Sequence record: DRR723986_618
Length of the DNA: 64,000 nucleotides
Direction: 5' to 3' (one strand)
Shown here: in pieces, positions 61,094 through 64,000 of the stretch
How the letters are laid out: every line of letters starts with the position of its first letter
Position numbering within the stretch: the stretch's first letter is position 1
Position numbers and translations under genes: made by a program
The notes under the pieces: generated by a model
Databases searched by the model: none
Seen by the model: only the letters and a program-made list of their open reading frames with translations
What the model was told of the DNA's origin: nothing

Positions 61094-63309
61094 TGTCCAC
61101 CCCCTACATTTACAACACCCGGGCCGTTTTGGCTGCCAGCTTTTTGAGCTTGGTTTTGCACAGCGGGTGCTGATGCATCCGCAAGCAGTTCTTTGACAAT
61201 TTCGCCGTTGTGAATAATGAATCCGCGATCCGCTAAACTCACCCAAGATTGCTTGTGAGTTGTAAAGATAACCGTGGTGTCACGGGGCAACCCCTGGATA
61301 ATATCGATAACTTTTTGCTCTAGTACCGAGTCCAAGCTGGCGGCGGGCTCATCAAGCAACCAAACTTTGGGATTTTGAAGTACTAGCCGCGTTAGCCCGA
61401 CAGCCTGTCGCTGTCCGCCCGACATTCCAGCCCCGCCTTCAGTGATTGGAAGCTGCAAGCCCAACGGGTGGCGCTGCACAGCATCGAGCAGCCCTGTTTT
61501 TTCAAGTGCGGCGACGATCTCGTCTTCGCTGGGCATACTCATCCCGAGGGTCAGGTTGTCGAGCAAGGTCCCGGAAATCAATTTCGGCTCTTGGGGAAGG
61601 TATCCAATGACTTCACGCAACCAACTCTGCCGACAATGCTCGTAGTCGAGACCGGCGATACGGATCTCACCTTGATTTGGCGTGGCAATACCTGCAAACA
61701 ATTTCAACAACGTCGATTTTCCGCAGCCATTGCGACCCAACACGGCCACTTTACTGCCCGCATCAATGCGCAGCGCTTCAGCACTGAACTGCGGTAGCTG
61801 AGACCCCGTGTAGGCATACTTCACATCAACCAGTTCGAGGTCCAGCGGCAGAGCATGGGTATTCGCTTCGCGCTTGGCATCCAGGTCACTCGGGCAGGAC
61901 AGCACTTGATCCAGGACTTGCAGGGAATACTTGGCATGGTGCCAACGTACCAGCAGGGCGGATATACCAGAGATACTTGCCAGCGCCCGCCCGCCCAAAA
62001 TTGAGCAGGCAATTAAACCGCCCATAGTGAGTTCGCCGGTCTCAATGACATAGACACCGGTAATAATAATGGCCACGTAAGAGAGCTGTTGAAAGAACGC
62101 CGTGACAATCTGCACCACGGACGACACGTAATTAAGCTCTTCACCGCGGTCGCAGGTTTCCCGTGTCGCGTTAATCCAGGCGTCACTAAATTTTGCCTCT
62201 CCACCCTGGGATTTTATTACTTCACCGCTGGATACCGCCTCATAGAGCATTCCCTGGCGGCGCACAACGGCGTCGTTATTTTCTTGTTGAATGCGCGCCA
62301 GTGGCTTGTAAGCCACCAAACCAATTAGCGTGCTTAACAGCACAAATACCAACGGCACCAGAGCAACCGGGCCAGCTATCATATAAATCGCCGCGACAAA
62401 CAAACCAACGAAAGGCAGGTCAACCAATGAGAACACCGTGGACGAGGTAAAGAACTGCTTCACCGATTCATAATCCCTGACCTGTGCGACAAGTGAGCCC
62501 TGACGACTCGGGCGTCGATCTAACTTTAGGCCCAGCAAGCGCTCAAATATGTAGAGCGACAGTGCCTCGTCCAGGCGCTTGCCGGTCGCGTCCATAATTT
62601 TTAGGCGCACCAGCTTAAAAATAACGTCAAATACATAGGCCACGCCCATACCAATTGCCAAAAACCACAGCGTGGCATAGGCAAAATTAGGAACAACTCG
62701 GTCGTATACCTGCATTGCAAACAGCGATGACATGACGGCAATGAGATTGATAAACACCGATACCAACGCGACCTTACCAAGCAGCGGCGCATGCGCCTTT
62801 ATCGCAACATGAATCGCTTCAGTCGCCTTACCGCGAGGCTCGCTTTCGATAAAGCTTTCGTCCTCCTCAGCAGCAAGGGGCGCTACGGGAACCAATACCT
62901 CTGGGTTTGCCGGCAAACTGACGGGTTCTGCGCCCAACCATTTAACTACCATCGGCGACTCACTACTCGCCAGCTTGAGCACAACACCTATGCTATTCGC
63001 CGTAACCAGCCACGCCGGTAACTGGCCGGGCGACAATAAACCAGCCGTGCTGCTGGCGACGGCATGTCCCTTGAATAGCGACTTCCATGCGGCAATCAGG
63101 CGGTCGCGGCTGGTATTTGCCGTGACCTGCCCCCAGGCCTGTTCGGCTTCGTGCTTGGAGGCGTGCAAACCCCTGCGCCTTGCCATGTCCATTAGCGCTT
63201 TAGCGGCTAAGGGCATTGAAATATCCTGCTCATCGCTTGCCAACTCAGCGGGTGTAGGTCTTGCTTGCACTTCAACTTCAGCGGTGGATTCGGCGAGATT
63301 ACTAGACAT
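61090..63309 (-). CDS. T1SS ABC transporter (HlyB/LapB-like)
   Basis: MQVYDRVVP, Walker A GRNGCGKST, MSGGQRQ, LLDEP, TTHK. Confidence 0.94.
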   Translation of the reverse strand: MSSNLAESTAEVEVQARPTPAELASDEQDISMPLAAKALMDMARRRGLHASKHEAEQAWGQVTANTSRDRLIAAWKSLFKGHAVASSTAGLLSPGQLPAWLVTANSIGVVLKLASSESPMVVKWLGAEPVSLPANPEVLVPVAPLAAEEDESFIESEPRGKATEAIHVAIKAHAPLLGKVALVSVFINLIAVMSSLFAMQVYDRVVPNFAYATLWFLAIGMGVAYVFDVIFKLVRLKIMDATGKRLDEALSLYIFERLLGLKLDRRPSRQGSLVAQVRDYESVKQFFTSSTVFSLVDLPFVGLFVAAIYMIAGPVALVPLVFVLLSTLIGLVAYKPLARIQQENNDAVVRRQGMLYEAVSSGEVIKSQGGEAKFSDAWINATRETCDRGEELNYVSSVVQIVTAFFQQLSYVAIIITGVYVIETGELTMGGLIACSILGGRALASISGISALLVRWHHAKYSLQVLDQVLSCPSDLDAKREANTHALPLDLELVDVKYAYTGSQLPQFSAEALRIDAGSKVAVLGRNGCGKSTLLKLFAGIATPNQGEIRIAGLDYEHCRQSWLREVIGYLPQEPKLISGTLLDNLTLGMSMPSEDEIVAALEKTGLLDAVQRHPLGLQLPITEGGAGMSGGQRQAVGLTRLVLQNPKVWLLDEPAASLDSVLEQKVIDIIQGLPRDTTVIFTTHKQSWVSLADRGFIIHNGEIVKELLADASAPAVQNQAQKAGSQNGPGVVNVGGGQ

Positions 63310-63317
63310 ACTTTGAC

Positions 63318-64000
63318 CTACTGCTCCTGGAGCGCTAATTCAATAGCCGGTGCTCCGGCATCTAATCGAGACCACATCATTCCGTGAAGGGCCAAACGCG
63401 TATTCGCCGACCAATAGCTCTTTTTAATTGCGGAAATTTGCAGCAAGGCTTCGTGCGCCTCGCGGTGAGCGTTCAATACTTCTAGCCACGCCTTTCTGCC
63501 CACTTTAAACTGCCTTAAAAAGCTATCGACTAAGTTCACTGCCGCGCGCGCCGCTTCCACTTGCGCGTAAAACTGCTCTTGCGAGGCATTGCGTTCGGAA
63601 TACGCGCTGCTGACGATGTCGGTGACATCACGTTTGGAATAGACCAAGTCTTGCTCTGCGCCGTGCAAACGCTGAAGAATTGCCCGGTAACTGTTGTACC
63701 CTTTGAGACCGCTGTCGCTGGAAAACTGCAGCACCAATTGCGTTGACGAGTCCGGCGTGAAATCCCCAGCAGATTGATCGAGCTGCGTGCTGTACTGCAA
63801 ACTCAACTGCGGATAAACCGCCGACTTAGCCACCTTTACCCGTGCTTTTTGCAGCGCAATTTCGGCGCCTGCGAGTTGTGGCGCGGGGTGGTACTTGATT
63901 GCTCGGGCATCAAGTATTTTGAACATCTCTTCATGGGACAAACGATAACGCTCAGCGGGCCAGCGCACCTCTCGCACAGAACGATGCAACAAAGACTCCA
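63318..64000 (-). CDS. TolC/LapE-family outer membrane protein (C-terminal part; runs off window end)
   Basis: YPQLSL, RQFKVGRKAWLEVLNA; precedes the ABC and MFP genes. Confidence 0.85.
   Translation of the reverse strand, partial: ESLLHRSVREVRWPAERYRLSHEEMFKILDARAIKYHPAPQLAGAEIALQKARVKVAKSAVYPQLSLQYSTQLDQSAGDFTPDSSTQLVLQFSSDSGLKGYNSYRAILQRLHGAEQDLVYSKRDVTDIVSSAYSERNASQEQFYAQVEAARAAVNLVDSFLRQFKVGRKAWLEVLNAHREAHEALLQISAIKKSYWSANTRLALHGMMWSRLDAGAPAIELALQEQ

Overview
This is a GC-rich chromosomal window from a marine-type gammaproteobacterium. Gene order and content resemble Pseudomonadales/Cellvibrionales (Spongiibacter/Zhongshania-like), which is an inference. Most of it is conserved housekeeping: the start of a TonB2/Ttp-like operon, rppH-ptsP, lgt-thyA-folA, ygfB-pepP-ubiH-ubiI, a Fur-boxed Fe(III) ABC pair, gcvH, zapA-6S RNA-ygfA, ilvA, rpiA, sahR-metK-ahcY-metF, xseB-ispA-dxs, ribA and a TPP-riboswitch thiCOSG-(gst)-thiDE operon. 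Four accessory parts stand out. (1) A terminator-bounded three-gene cassette between ilvA and rpiA encodes a sensor kinase, a receiver/pseudo-receiver protein with no output domain, and a non-canonical TonB lacking the transmembrane His. (2) A lipid/oxidation block encodes a desaturase pair with FabR and a six-unit 12-bp operator array, a P450, an F420-type LLM enzyme, TetRs, RNase Z and an SDR. (3) A ~260-bp MITE-like element lies upstream of ribA. (4) A type I secretion locus (TolC-ABC-MFP) is followed by a 1435-aa cargo that joins an adhesin-like N-terminal tether to an RsaA-like S-layer body, with a leader carrying several CsrA/RsmA-type GGA hairpins. No CRISPR, tRNA, rRNA, transposase or prophage genes were seen. 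All assignments come from motif recognition and synteny; no searches were run.
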